A stretch of 64,000 nt of DNA, taken from positions 10,619,042 to 10,683,041 of the forward strand of contig CM119265.1 of the NCBI GenBank assembly GCA_051294375.1, read 5' to 3'. The DNA is from Paraspadella gotoi. Its lineage: Eukaryota > Animalia > Chaetognatha. Both the position numbers and the translations under genes were made by a program. The notes under the pieces are model-generated. The model did no database searches. It worked only from the letters and a program-made list of their open reading frames with translations, and was not told where the DNA came from. Shown one piece after another: positions 25,995 to 39,456 of this stretch. The stretch's first letter is position 1; every line of letters starts with the position of its first letter.

Positions 25995-28422
25995 AGAAGA
26001 GACGAGAAGAGAGAGAAAAAGAAGAAAAAAGAAAGCAGGAAAGGGGAGTGTAACGGAATATTGGTCTAGAGGCTCACTGGCTCCGCCTTCGGGTGAATTG
26101 AGGGGTGTTGAAAGGGGGGCTTAGGGGCGGGAAATGGGGAGAGGTGAACGACCGGGACTCGAGTGGAATGAATATTAGGATAACGTCGTCGTCATTGTCG
26201 TCGTCGTCATCGTTGTAGTTGCGGTTTATTGTTAGGTTGATTCGGTGCAAATAGAGTACACTAATCTGAGTTTTTGAAATTATAATGCGTGGGATGCATT
26301 ATACATAAATAGTCGTAGGCGAAATATTGGTCAATTTGTCATGGTAAGCAACATGGAAGGAAGGAAGGAAGGAAGAAAGGAAGGAAGGATGAAGAAGAAA
26401 AGAAGAAACCCAAAAAAAGGATTAACGGATATTATGTTGACGTAAACATGTTGCATGTTGCAACTACCCAGTAACATTGATGAGCGAAAAAGATGAGTCT
26501 TTGGCTAAAACCACTATTGACCTATTGACTCATGGAGAGATTTAATCGATGATTTATTGTTCAATTGATTATTTCAATTTAATCGTTCAAAAAAATATTG
26601 ACAAAGTTTCCTTACAAAAGTAGGATATATACATATCGAGTTAAAAATAGTTCAAAAATCTCTGCATTTTAAGTAATACTAGCGCAGCATTAAAATTTTT
26701 TTTAAAATAGAATATTAAAACGGGAAAGTCGTTTCATGCTCCTTTCCGAAGATGGAAGCACGCATCTCTTTTTGATTTCGTCCTGAGGCTCAGCTACGAT
26801 TAAAACTCAATTTTCAAATTTAAGAAACAAAAAAAAGAATTAAAAAAAAAGAAACGTCTTCATAACCTGCTCTAAAAACAAGAACGGTAATTCAAATGTG
26901 TTGCGCCGCAATAACTTTCTTAGCCTGTGTATTTCTGAACGCACTGCATCAGAATTTTATTTTTATTCTTTATAGTTTTAGGATTTTCTGAAGGCGGCGC
27001 TAGCAGTCCCTTATATTTGATGTTTTTTCCTGTCTTGACAAATAATAAACCAACTATATGTATTATGTAAGTTAACTAACTGGGACAGACGAAGGTGGGA
27101 CAGACCGACGGACGGACGGACGGACCGACCCACCGATAAACCGACCGAAAAGTTACTTGGAACGGCTTTGGATATTCTGGATAGCTTAAGGAAATCATTA
27201 AAATATGAGCTGAAAAGATAAGAGAAAAATTTCGAATATAAATTGAAAATAAGAAATAAAAGAAGAAATTAAATCCAAAGTCAAACATAATTTAAAAAAA
27301 AATAAAAATTTAATTTTAAATAAAAAGAAGACGATAAAAAAATAAACAAAAGAAAAACGTAGATGACGACAAAATTATGGGAGGAGGAAAAATATCGTCT
27401 CCCGGGAAGAAAAATTGAATTTCAATAAAATAATGATAATCTTTGGAAAGAATACCCAGGGGGGGAAACAATAGACGAGAAAAATACTGTAACCAATGTA
27501 AAAAAAAAGTTCGCGAAAGGATCATGGGTTGTGCCGGTTCGCTGCTTCTGTTCTGCTTTCCTTAAAAAACGTGAGAAAGAGAAAGATAAAATAAAAGGGG
27601 GAGATGGGGGAAACGAGTGTTGGAGGGAATGGGGGAGGTAGGAAATTTAGGAAGTTGGTTGAAGAAAAGAATCAAAGATATAAAGAGAAAAGGAAACTAA
27701 GAGGAAAGTGTAAGGAAGGAATTAAATGGCAAACAGGAAAATCTACTCCCCTTAAGGGAAATGAATTTGAGCCGTTAAGGATTCGAAGAATAGAAAGATT
27801 TGAAAATCAGGAACCGACTTGAATTATTTAAGCCAAAGGCTTATTGTACAATGATGGAGAGACTTAAGACCTGCAATCTGATTTAAAATTGACTGAATCA
27901 CAAATATTGCTGATTTAAGCAAAGAAAATTATAAATGTTTAGCAAACTGACTAGATTTATGGACAAAAATTGAAATATATGAACATTGAACAGTAAAAAC
28001 ACTAGTATTCAAAAAATGATAAAATCACAAAATCAACAAATTCGGAAACAAGTAAAGTATTTTAGATCATTCAAAAGACTAAAAATATATTTTAAAGCGG
28101 AGAAATTTCAAATCTTATAAAGAAAGTGAGACACATTAGAGCAGAAAATCTCTTAGTCTCACTCGATTGGCTCTGACTTTCTTCTTCGCTTCAACTTCAC
28201 CGAGAACACTCGCTGTTCACTCGCCGTTCACTCTCGGCGGACACAAAGCTCTCTCAGCGCTCACGCGCGCACACGCTTCAATCTCGAGGCGGATCCATCA
28301 GGCAGATCTCTCGTTCTCACAAGCCAGTAAAAAGTGAAAACCTAAGAGGCCTGTCAGCATGGGGAAGCCACGATGAGCAATTGACTTTTTTTGTTGGCGC
28401 ATAACTATATTATATATAATGT

Positions 28423-28578
28423 ATGAAATTGGTACAACCAATATAAAAATTATCCATTCATTTAATAAATAAGCTATCTTGCCCCTGACTTTGGACAGGC
28501 TTTGGTGGTTTAAGGCCTCCATCACTCTTACAAGATAATGACATAGCAGGTCCCTGCAAGCTTTCAATCAAGACTCTC
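28423..28578. repeat. Dispersed repeat family, unclassified
   Basis: TGAAATTGGTACAACCAATATAAAAATTATCCATTCATTTAATAAATAAGCTATCTTGCCCCTGACTTTG...GACATAGCAGGTCCCTGCAAGCTTTC recurs at 29760 and 41825, inverted at about 33985-34086, and decayed at about 17520 and 14340. Confidence 0.85.
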
Positions 28579-29629
28579 TATAATACTTATATCCTAATAT
28601 ATTTTTTTAAAAATGTATTTTTAAATTTTTTCCGCGAGCACAATTTTTTGCTTTTGAATCATTTCTGTTAAATATAAAAGTTGAAGTTAAAAGTTAATTT
28701 AAAAGTTAAATTTCAAATTTTTTATACTCATTTTGCAGATTTTTTTTACTTAATTCAAGTATTTAACTTTTCTACCATTTTTCTTATTGAAAAAATTATC
28801 ATTTATATTTATTTTGTTTCCTAAGTCTTATCTCTTCTCCTTCCTAAACCGCGTTTTCTCTTCTTTAGCGACTTTTCCTTTTTTCTCCATCGATTTTTCC
28901 TTATCTTCGTCTCGTCCAGTTTCTCCCTCGTCGTCGTCGTCGTCGTCATCGTCGTTAAAACTTAACCTTAGAGGTTTCAAAAAAGGCGGGCGCACGCGAG
29001 GTTAAAGGCTCCGCAATGGAGGTGCCGATGACCGACGACAGATGGAGTTTAACTTGACTCTTCGTTTTTGCATCTGTTTCTTCTGAATCGTGATTACTTA
29101 AAGTGCGAGAGAGAGAAAGAGAAAGAGAGAGAGCGAGAGAGAGAGAGAGAGAGAGAGTCCGGACTTTCCCTTACAACTCCGTCTATCGCTGAGAGCCAAA
29201 AACATTAGAGACGGACCTCTTTTAAAAGACGCACCAGTTAACGCTCAGCCCCGCGGAGGCACTGCTGGCGAAGACTGGTTGGGGGTAGTTGGAGGGGGGA
29301 GTGGCGGGGGAGTGGGCGGGGTGAAAGAAGTATAGATTTACGGAGGGGAGGGAAGGGGTGAAAAGTGGTAAAGGGGTTGTTAAGGGGGAATTTTAATGTG
29401 GTTAAAAGGAGTCAAAAGTAGTTAAAGAAGTTAAAAGGTGGTTATAGGAGTTGAAAGGTAGAGGTAAAAGTGGTTAAAGGGTGTCAAAAAGAGGTTAAGG
29501 CGGAAGGAAGGGCGACCAAAATGTCGAAGGTTGACCTCAAGGACGCCCGATAGACGAGTCAGTCATCTCAGGTAAGATCGATCGATGGGGATTTTTTTTT
29601 CTGGAAAAATGAGGTAGCTATGAGGAGGG

Positions 29630-30245
29630 GTTGGAGATATGGTAGGGGAAGTGACTGGAGATATTTTAGGGAAAGTGACTTGAGATATGGTGGGGGAAGT
29701 GACTGGAGTTATGGTAGCGGAAGTTAGTGGAGTTATGGTAGGGGAAGTGACTGGAGATGTGAAATTGGTACAACCAATATAAAAATTATCCATACATTTA
29801 ATAAATAAGCTATCTTGCCCCTGACTTTGGACACTGGAAAGGCTTTGGTGGTTTAAGGCCTCCATCAATCTTACAAGATAATGACATAGCAGGTCCCTGC
29901 AAGCTTTCAATTAAGACTCCCTCACAGTCTTGTTTATTCACTTCCAGAATACCTAGCTTCACTATCAATGAAGTGGTATAATGTTTCAATTGTATGAAAA
30001 GACCACTCCCTTAAGTATTAGATCGGGGAATACTATATTGTACTCCGCACAAGCATCAAAATACAAGGAGCTGAATTTTATGAAATTGGTACAACCAATA
30101 TAACCAATATAACCAATATAAAAATGACTGGAGTTATGGTAGGGGAAGTGACTGGAGATATGGTAGGGAAAGTGACTGGAGATATGGTAGGGGAAGTGAC
30201 TGGAGATATGGTAGGGGAAGTGACTGGAGCTAAGATGGGAAGTGA
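29630..30245. repeat. 24-bp minisatellite interrupted by a copy of the dispersed repeat
   Basis: Unit GAAGTGACTGGAGATATGGTAGGG occurs at 29630-29759 and 30125-30245. The repeat copy at 29760-30122 sits between them. Confidence 0.85.
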
Positions 30246-31216
30246 TTGGTGCTAGGAAGTGTGAAGTGATTGGAGTAGCGATGTGATAACTACTTGGAGC
30301 TTTCGTGTGGGAATTCATTGAAGCTTTAGCGTGAAAAGGTGTAGGAAGTGATTAGACCTGCATTGTGGGAAGTCATAGGAGTAATGATGCTATTCCAAAG
30401 GAAAGTTATTGGAACCGAAAAGAGGGAAGCGATAGGAGTGATATCAAGAGCCACATGGAACCATATAACCGCGTGAGATTCTCTATAAGAAGAAAGAAGA
30501 AGAAATATCGACGTTCGCAGGTTGCAAAATCTTTTTTCTTTTCTCTGCAGAAAAAACTCTGATTTTTCGATGACGTAGAACCAGAACTGTTTTGTTGCAG
30601 TTGGAGTCGTTGCTTTTGTTGATGTCGTTGATCGACCAATTGCCGGCTCCATCGACTTTTTTTCCCCCTCAGATCAATTTACGAAAATTTTAAATATTTT
30701 GTAATTCTCAAATGTCTCGACTTTTTTTCTTAAAAAAAAAGTTCCGCAGGATTTTGGCCCGACCTGCTTGAAAATTCTCAGCTGCCGTTTTCGCTTTTAT
30801 GATGTTTGGTGAACTTTTATATTCTGTTCCTTGACTTTCTTTTTTCTTCCTTTTTTCTCGACGTTCGTCCGTTTGTTATTCTCTTTATTTTTATTTTGTT
30901 TCTATTTGGTTTTCGCTCTTTGCCGCTAGTCCTGAAAGTGGCTCTGAAATGTCAAGTCGTTAGCCTCTTGTTTTTCGTAAATAACTAAGCAGCTTGGATT
31001 TAAGTGATGTCGCACTTTAAAGTCTTTATCCTCGATTCTTGATGTCGATCGAAGTCGATCATCGCCATCTTGGAAAGTCACCTTCAACATAAGATAAATC
31101 CTCTCAGAATATTAAGTCTAAAAAAAGTCGAAGCAGTTACTTTGCAAACTGCGAAGTAAAACTGAGATGAGACATTCTACCGTCATAACGTTGACGAAAG
31201 TTAATAAACCTCGAGA

Positions 31217-31250
<34 letters not shown>

Positions 31251-31261
31251 AAGAGAGAGAG

Positions 31262-31296
<35 letters not shown>

Positions 31297-31406
31297 CGGG
31301 ATATCACTTCGCAACGAGAAAAGAAAATGACGTCAAGTTTTCCGTTACGTCATAGCGCGATCTTTCGCGTTGGCGAATTCGAGAATGTCGTATTGGAGTT
31401 GGATGA

Positions 31407-31458
<52 letters not shown>

Positions 31459-34154
31459 AACCAAAAAGCCAAACAATCACATAGTAAGCTAGCAAGCAAG
31501 CCAACAAGCAAGCAAGCTAGCAAAAGAGGAAGGAACGGCGGCATTTAACCGTTTCGATTCGACGTTAATGAGAACGATAATGACGTCATGAAGACGACGA
31601 TTATAACGACGCACAATGAGAACAAAGGTGACGGGAGATGATGTAGACCGGAGTGACAGAAAAAAGATAAAGGATATTTTATCGTTGTTCGATAATTATG
31701 GCGAAACTCGGGTTAAAACCGTATGGAACTGTATATTGTATATATTATTATAAGTATTTTTATATGTTACGTTTGACCATTTTCATTTCGCTCATACCAG
31801 TTACCTTTGTATTTTTTTGTTATAACGAATCTGAACACATATTTTTTGGTTAAATCGACTTTTTTCTGAAATTGGCGGACAAGAACAACGTCAATAAATA
31901 ATGCGTCGCCCTGGTAACGAGAATCTAAGGCATTATTGACGGAAAATTGAGCATAGATAAGATTTACAGGGGAGTTTAATAAGGTTTATAGAATTTTAAG
32001 CGATGTCCAAGCCGAAGAGAGACTTAATTGAAAAGTTGCAAGAAAAGCGAAATAAAAGAAGAGGAAGTTAAGGGAAAGGAAAGGAAAGGAAAGGAAAGGA
32101 AAGGAAAGGGAAAAAAAGGAAAGGAAAGGAAAGGAAAAGAAAGGAAGCATCAAAAACAAAGGAAAGTAAATGAAAAGAAAGAAACAAAAGCTAGGAGTTA
32201 AATTAAAAAAGCGCCCCATTTCTGTTACTTTAATTTGAAATAAAATTTAGTTCAATATTTGATAATAATCTGATACCAAATCTATAAAAAGCGTTTTTAT
32301 TCGAACGCAATAAGGTTGATTCAGTACAAAAAACAAAAACAGAATACGACATACACTTAGAAGCCTGAAAAAAATATTTAAAAAAATATAAAAAGAAAAA
32401 ATAATTACATTAAACAATATTTAAATTGTTTTCATGCCCTAACATAAAAATTAAGCTGCCCAGCCTTGCTTCAATTAAGAGAGTCAAAAGTGAATTATCT
32501 AAAATTTTAAATTTAAAAAAAAAATATGACCTGTTTAAATTGTTATAACAAAAATATTATTATTTATATAAGTATCATGAAAGAGCCTGAGAAAAAAAGA
32601 TTTAAGATAGCCAATCACAATTTGCTAAAAATCTAAAATTTACCCTCCAGCTATTTATTTTTGGAAAGATGTCTCGTTTTTGAATATCCTAATTAAATTA
32701 AAGCTGGGCTGCTTAAATTTTATATTACAGTATTCGTAAGTATGTCATTCTCTTTAGATTTGAAAGGGCTTTCAGAAGATAATAATATTAATATTATTTT
32801 ATTTCAAATTATTTCAGAAAACTTACTGAAAGTAAGAGAATAAAATCAAATCTAAAAAAGTGAGTTTAAAAATTAAAGACGATTTTAAAAGCCAACTTTC
32901 TTCACTCATTGTCAAGGCATATCTTAACTGATCCATATAAAATTTGAACACATGACTTAAATATTTTCTACTCCACGAATTTTTCAAATCAATGAAATAA
33001 CCACTGGTTTGCAAATGACAGCGTTTTTTACCGGCGCTTGTAAAATTGTCACCATGTAAGAGCAAATATTAAGAGCAACTAGAAAATATCGAGCGGGATT
33101 TAAGAAACGAAAGGATGGAGCAAATACCAAGTAAAAGAGAGAGCGAAAATAAAAGGAGAAAAATCAAGGAAGTGAGAGTGAGAACGAGATTAAATTAAAC
33201 GAGGCGCAAGGGAGGAGCAAATATTAAGTGAGAGTGAGAGCGAGAGGAACGACCATAAAAAATCCCTGCATAAATCTCGATTCTTCACCAGGCGATTTAG
33301 CCGATTTCCCCCGATCCGCCTTTCTTCCTTCATCTTCTTCTTTATTATCACCGTCTCTTTAACGTCATAGTAAATCTCTTTATATTATGCAAGGGCGTTA
33401 ATATATCAAAACGCAAGTCGAAAAGAAACAGAAAACGCTAAAAAAAACGAATTATGATTTGGTTAATAATTTTTTTTTCGTACTCATTCCGAGTTACGGT
33501 TCTAATAAGAAATGACGAAAAATTATAACTAGCCTTTTCTCTCACTCTCTCTCTTTCTCTCTCTTTCTCTCTCACTCTCTCCTCAATATATACCCTCAGT
33601 AAATATTCTTCTCGCCATTCGTCTTGTCTTGAGCAGTTCGTTGCGTTTCTCAACTAAGAAAAATAAGACAAGTTTTTTTCGATTCACATTAACTCGAGTT
33701 TTCTTTTCTCATTCGATTTTTTTCTCCTTTTGAATTAATTTCTTTCGCTCCTTTTTTATTCTGAATAAGAATATCGGAAACTTGATCAATGTTTGTACCT
33801 TTTTCATTTTGTCATTTCTTCTTCAGGGTTTGTTTATTCAAACTTTGTCACGGAACAATTTTCTGTTCAAACACTCAGTATCTAGAAGTTCCAGATCTTT
33901 TTAAAGCAAGTTCTAGTTCTTACTCCTGGAAATTGGCTTTAATTCTTTCCAAACACACTTAATAATACTAACCCAAAAAAGCCTATCCAAAGTCAGGGGC
34001 AATATAGATTATTCATTAAATAATGGATAATTAATTAATTATGATATTCTAATTATGATATTATGATATTATTGGTACCAATTTCAAATAGCAGTTTAGT
34101 TTTAATTAGGCAATTGGCATTTTCTGTCAAAAAATGTCCCTCAAGAAGAAATAT

Positions 34155-34680
34155 CTCTTTCTCTTTCTCCTCCTCTTTCTCCTTCTCTTTCTCCTCCTTT
34201 TTCTCCTTCTTTATCTCCTTCTCTTTCCCCTTTTCTTTCTCCTCTTTCTCCTTCTCTTTCTCTTCCTCTTTTTCTTTCTCCTTCTATTTCTCCTCTTTCT
34301 TCTTCTATTTCTCCTCGTCTTTCTTCTTCTATTTCTCTTCATCTTTCTCCTTCTCTTTCTCCTTCTCTATCTCCTTCACTCTTTCCTTCTCTTTCTCCTC
34401 CTCTTTCTCCTTCACTTTTTTCTCCTCTTTCTCCTTCTCTTTCTCCTCCTCTTTTTCCTTCGCTTTCTCCTCATCTTTCTCCTTCTCTTTCTCCTCCTCT
34501 TTTTCCTTCGCTTTCTCCTCCTCTTTTTCCTTCGCTTTCTCCTCATCTTTCTTTTTCTCTTTCTCCTCCTCTTTTTCCTTCGCTTTCTCCTCATCTTTCT
34601 CCTTCTCTTTCTCCTCCTCTTTTTCCTTCGCTTTCTCCTCATCTTTCTCCTTCTCTTTCTCCTCATCTTTCTCCTTCTCT
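34155..34680. repeat. Polypyrimidine minisatellite of about 24 bp
   Basis: Tandem TTCTCCTCCTCTTTTTCCTTCGCT / TTCTCCTCATCTTTCTCCTTCTCT variants. Confidence 0.85.
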
Positions 34681-34929
34681 TGGTCGGATCGCTTTCAGTT
34701 CTCCCCATAAAATGAAATAAAAAAATTTCCATTGATCCGTTTCCAGGTGAGAGTCAAAAGATAATTCCATCTCGAGTGAATTCACGTGAGAAAATGGAAT
34801 CTGCGATCGGTTCCAAAGTGGGCGTGGCGACGTCAATCCGTTCGTCATTCTGTTCGTCCCTTTCTCCATCACTTGGTCCGTATTTTTACGACATCAAGGA
34901 CCATCTGGTGTCTCACTCTGTCTCTACAC

Positions 34930-34978
<49 letters not shown>

Positions 34979-35974
34979 ACCGAATTGCGAGTAAAATAAA
35001 AATGGTTTCCTTTTTTTCTTTCTCTCTTTTTCATCGTTTCTGGCCTCAAAGAAAGAGAACGCAAATTTTCTCGGGCTAATCAATCTCATTTTCCGAAAGC
35101 AGAAACGAGTCTTTATATAAAACAAAATATTTAAAACAAAGTTCAAATGAACAAGTCAATGACAATGTATATGTTTACAAAAGAGAAAAAAAATACTCGC
35201 CTTTCAAAAAAAGTTTGAGCAAACAATGTCGGATCTGCCCACGATCATTAGCGGTAATTAATGAATAAATTAATTAATTTGGTCTGAAATGTTTGTTTTT
35301 AGGTCTTTTCATCACTAGCAACGACGACGATGATGGCGATGACGACAATAACGCCAATAACGATTGACTTGATTGATTGATTGAATAATTAATTAATAGT
35401 TAAATAAATTGATTAATTGAATAATTAATTAATATATAAAAAAATTGATTGGTTGAATAATTAATTGATTGAATAAATGACTGATTAATTATTTATTGAT
35501 TAATTGATTAATTATTTGATTAATTAATACATCTTGGATTTACATTTAATATAAAAAGAAAAAGAAGCATAATCAATACTCATTCCCACTCAAACGATTC
35601 CATCGAAAATTTATTTCCAGCTTAATCACACACTTTCCTACCCACATACAAAAATTAAGGTCAATCGCCCAATCCACTCATGAGTAATTGGTGTTAAAAT
35701 AGTGAAATATATTTTTTTGTTTTTTCCATTTAAACTCATTTTCACACGGACGATTCCATCAAAACTTCATATCCAGCTCAATCACACACTTTCCTACCCA
35801 CACATAAAATTTCATTTCAATTCATCCTTCCAAACACGAGTAATTGGTGTTTTTTGCTAAGGTGGGATGGACAGACGGACGGGCAGACAGACGGACGAAC
35901 ATCATTTTTTTGGTATAATTTATCATAGAAGAAGTTTGAATTTGCTTTCAACAACGATTTTATTGGTACATAGG

Positions 35975-36018
35975 GACGTACATGTTTCGGCTTTAATTTA
36001 CAAGCCTTCTTCAGCGTC
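35975..36018 (-). ncRNA. Minimal type I hammerhead ribozyme
   Basis: The minus strand reads GACG-CUGAAGA-AGGCUU-GUAAAUUA-AAGCC-GAAA-CAU-GUA-CGUC. This gives stem I GACG/CGUC, the CUGANGA core, stem II GGCUU/AAGCC, GAAA, a palindromic ACAUGU minimal stem III and a GUA cleavage triplet. AATAAA lies about 10 nt downstream. Confidence 0.8.
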
Positions 36019-36292
36019 ATAGAAATTGTTTGTGAATTTTGGAAATTATTTGTGCAAAGGAAAAGTGAGAGAGAGAGAGAGAGAAAGAGGAAGACAGAGA
36101 GAAGGCAAAGTTTCCAACACAGAGTTGAGAAAAAGAATAGTGGTCAGATGTGAGGACAGGTTAAGGTGAAGACAGATTGAGCTAGATTGTGAAAAGAAAT
36201 TAAGTGGTGAAAATTTGAGAGAGAGAGAGAGAGAGACAGAGAGAGAGAGAGAGAAAACATTAGAAAACAATACATTGTGCAATGTACAACAG

Positions 36293-36419
36293 AGATAAAT
36301 GATTTAAACTAACAGTGAAATAAATATTTTAACAATAAATTGAAATGTGAAAGATAAATGATAAATGATTTAAACTAACAGTGAAATAAATATTTTAACA
36401 ATAAATTGAAATGTGAAAG
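36293..36419. repeat. Two-copy direct tandem repeat of about 60 bp
   Basis: GATAAATGATTTAAACTAACAGTGAAATAAATATTTTAACAATAAATTGAAATGTGAAAG occurs twice. Confidence 0.85.
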
Positions 36420-36594
36420 GAAAGGGAGAATTAAGTTTGGAAGGTATAGATATTAATATGGAAAGTGAAATTTAAGAATTAAGAAAGAGCTCAAAATGAG
36501 CTGGCCCCCTTTGGTTGAAGCAAATGAAAGGCAAAGTGAATTATAGAGTCGAGATCTGCTGATAAGCAGATCCAACTTAAAAAAATAATAATCA

Positions 36595-37074
36595 AATAGT
36601 GAAATAGGTTTTTTTGTTTTTCCGTTTAAAATTTCATTTCCACTCAGACGATTCTATTGAAAATTGATTTCCAGCTTAATCACACACTTTTCTACCCACA
36701 TACAAAATTTCAAGTCAATCGCCCCATCCACTCATGAGTAATTGGCTTTCAAATAGTGAAATATTTTTTGGGGTTTTTTTCCATTTAAACTCATTTCCAC
36801 TCGCACGATTCCATCGAAACTTCATATCCAGCTCAATCACACACTTCCCTACCCATCCATTTATCCAATCACGGGTAATTGGAATTTTTTGCTAGGGTGG
36901 GACGGACAGACTGACGGATGGACGGACAGATGGACATTATTTTTTTTGCATAATTTATCAAAATTCAATGTTCTGACCTGATATAAGTGAATGCCCGACA
37001 AAATTGAGGGGGCGGACCGACGGACCGACAAAGTGAATTATAGAATCGGGATCTGCTGATAAGCAAATCCGACT
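36595..37074 (-). mobile_element. HINE/DINE-1-like element, partial
   Basis: Two core units, a GGACGGACAGAC tract and the terminal hairpin ATCGGGATCTGCTGATAAGCAAATCCGACT. Confidence 0.7.
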
Positions 37075-37085
37075 AATAATGAAAG

Positions 37086-38107
37086 AGTTTGAGCAAACAA
37101 TGTCGGATCTACCTACGATAATTAAGCGGTAATCACCTAATTAGATTATAAATGACGATAATTCTTTCAATTTGTGATCCTAACTTATCATAACAGATCG
37201 TACCATTCCAAACCAATGGCTGCGCCAATACATGTAAATCGCTTGCAAGGGATTACTATGGTACAATCAAATAATTTGTTTAACTATTATTATTTTTTTA
37301 ACTTATATCATTTTTTCAACTGGCATCATTTTTTTAACTTGCATCATTTTTTCAAATTGCAGCATTTTTTCAAGTAAGTAATCAATTAATTAATTAATTA
37401 ATTAAAATATTTTTGAGTAAGCATAAATAATAAAAATTCAAGTCAACTTGACTTTGGTTTTTTTTATGCAAACTCATTTCCACTCCTCGATTCCATCGAA
37501 ACTTTATATTCTGCTCAATTACACAATTTCCTACCCACACACAAAATTTCATCTCATTCTATCAATCCAATTATGAATAATTCGAGTAATTATTAGTTAA
37601 AATTAATAAAAAGATTCAAGGTAAATGTGACTTATGTATTTTTCTATTTAAACTCATTTCCACTTGCACAATTCCATCAAAACTTTATATCTAGCTTTGT
37701 AACACACTTTCCTACCCACACACAAAATTTCCTCTCAATCAATCCATCAAATTATTATTAATTAGTGTAATAATGGGTTAGAATTAGCAAAAAGATTCAA
37801 GTAAATGTAACTTATGTTTTTTTTCATTTAAACTCATTTCCACTCGCACGTTTCCATCAAAACAATATATCCAGCTCAATCACACTTTCCTAACCACACA
37901 AAAAAATTTATTCCAATCCAACCATCCAATCACGAGTAATTGGAGTTTTTTGTTAAGGGGGGACGGATTGTCGGTCGGACGGACCTACAGACAGTCAGAC
38001 AGACGGACGGAAGGACATCGTTTTTTTTGCATAATAATAATAATATATTATAATTCGATGTTCTGACATGATTTAAGTGAATGACCGAAAAAATTGTTGA
38101 TCCGACT
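37086..38107 (-). mobile_element. HINE/DINE-1-like element
   Basis: Runs from AGTTTGAGCAAACAATGTCGGATCT to GATCCGACT, with three tandem core units of about 180 bp, a short 18-bp array at about 37290-37375 and a (GACG/GACA)n tract. Confidence 0.72.
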
Positions 38108-39387
38108 AAAAATAAAAAAAGCTCTCAATTTGACGAACGTAATGTTACCACGCTTCTCTATAAATATCGCCCCACCTTTGGCTTATTAGATCATAATTTT
38201 TTTTTCGCGACTCAGCATTTATTTTATTTTATTTCGTAAACATTTACAGCGTTTACATACTTTTCGTTGTGAACTTTTTTCTTAAAACATCCAGTGACTG
38301 ATATGAATTTGTTTTTTAGTCTATGTACAAAGTACAATGTACATTTTACATGGAATCTTGTTTTTTTGTTTTTTTTTCTTTCAGTTTGGTTATTGGTCCA
38401 GGATTTTGGTGCCATTGTTTTGTGAAGATGACATAAAGGAAAAACCTGTCTTCGTTTCGTTCAGCATTATATTTTTAAAACACTTTGTTGTTGTTGTTGT
38501 TGTAGCCCAACTTGTTTTTTTTTAATACTTCCCGTTTTTCGCATCCGAACATGCAAAACGTGGACAAAACCTCGACAAAACTAGAGAAAAAAATCTAAAC
38601 AAAAAAGAAAACAGAAAAACAAAATCCTTTCTTCCTAAACGCGCGGATCGAGTTTCGTCAGTGATAAAAATGACGGCGTTAACAGCAACAAAAATAACAA
38701 CAAAACAACAACAACAACAACGGACAATAAATCGCGTGGAGCGATGAACGATGACGACGTCACCTCCCTAAAGCCCATGCCATGCCATGCCATGCCATAC
38801 CATGCTCATGGTCTCTGGGCGGCGATGGATTTATATGAAGAGGCAGATAACGGTCGCAGAGGAAACAAAAGGGAAACGACGGAAGATAAAACAGAAGCCG
38901 AAACAAAACAGAAAACAAAGGACATGGAAGAACAATCGACACACGATACCGGAAACGCGATGTGACGTGCGATGAATTAAAGAATTAAACAAATTATCTG
39001 ATTTCGTTTTTTTTATAAATAAACAAACAAATGGTTCGAATTTTAGCACAGAAGAAAAAGAGAAAAAAAAAGAACAAGTGGCCTCATTAGTTTCCATTAA
39101 CGCGATTTTTTTTTTTGAGAAAGGAAAGGGGGGGACATCCGCGTAACAAAGAAACGACGACGACGATGAAAACGACGACGACGACGACGACGCAATAATT
39201 CACGACAAAACAGACGTGACCTGATTTATTAAAAGAAAACATTTCACGTACGAATCGCAGGTGGCGTAATTTTACAACTCGAATCTTTTCGATCGAGTGG
39301 CTTCGCTTTCATTTTGATAAACAATGGATCCTCTGGAAATGCACTTTTGTCGTGGCGCTCTCTCTCTCTCTCTGTTTTCTCACTCTC

Positions 39388-39456
<69 letters not shown>

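Larger units (their letters stand above)
35212..36577 (-). mobile_element. Helentron-associated non-autonomous element (HINE/DINE-1-like) with an inserted hammerhead repeat
   Basis: Left end AGTTTGAGCAAAC (stem-loop) plus GTCGGATCTGC (subTIR). Right end GATCTGCTGATAAGCAGATC hairpin. It contains a (GACG/GACA)n tract and tandem core units. Confidence 0.7.

Noticed and set aside
29281-29325. G-quadruplex-forming tract
   Set aside because: G runs are present, but such purine tracts are common in this window and nothing indicates function.
34063-34732. Long ORFs rich in F/S, L/F or R/K
   Set aside because: Translations of a polypyrimidine minisatellite. The E/K-rich minus frame has a stop just upstream and no convincing splice context.
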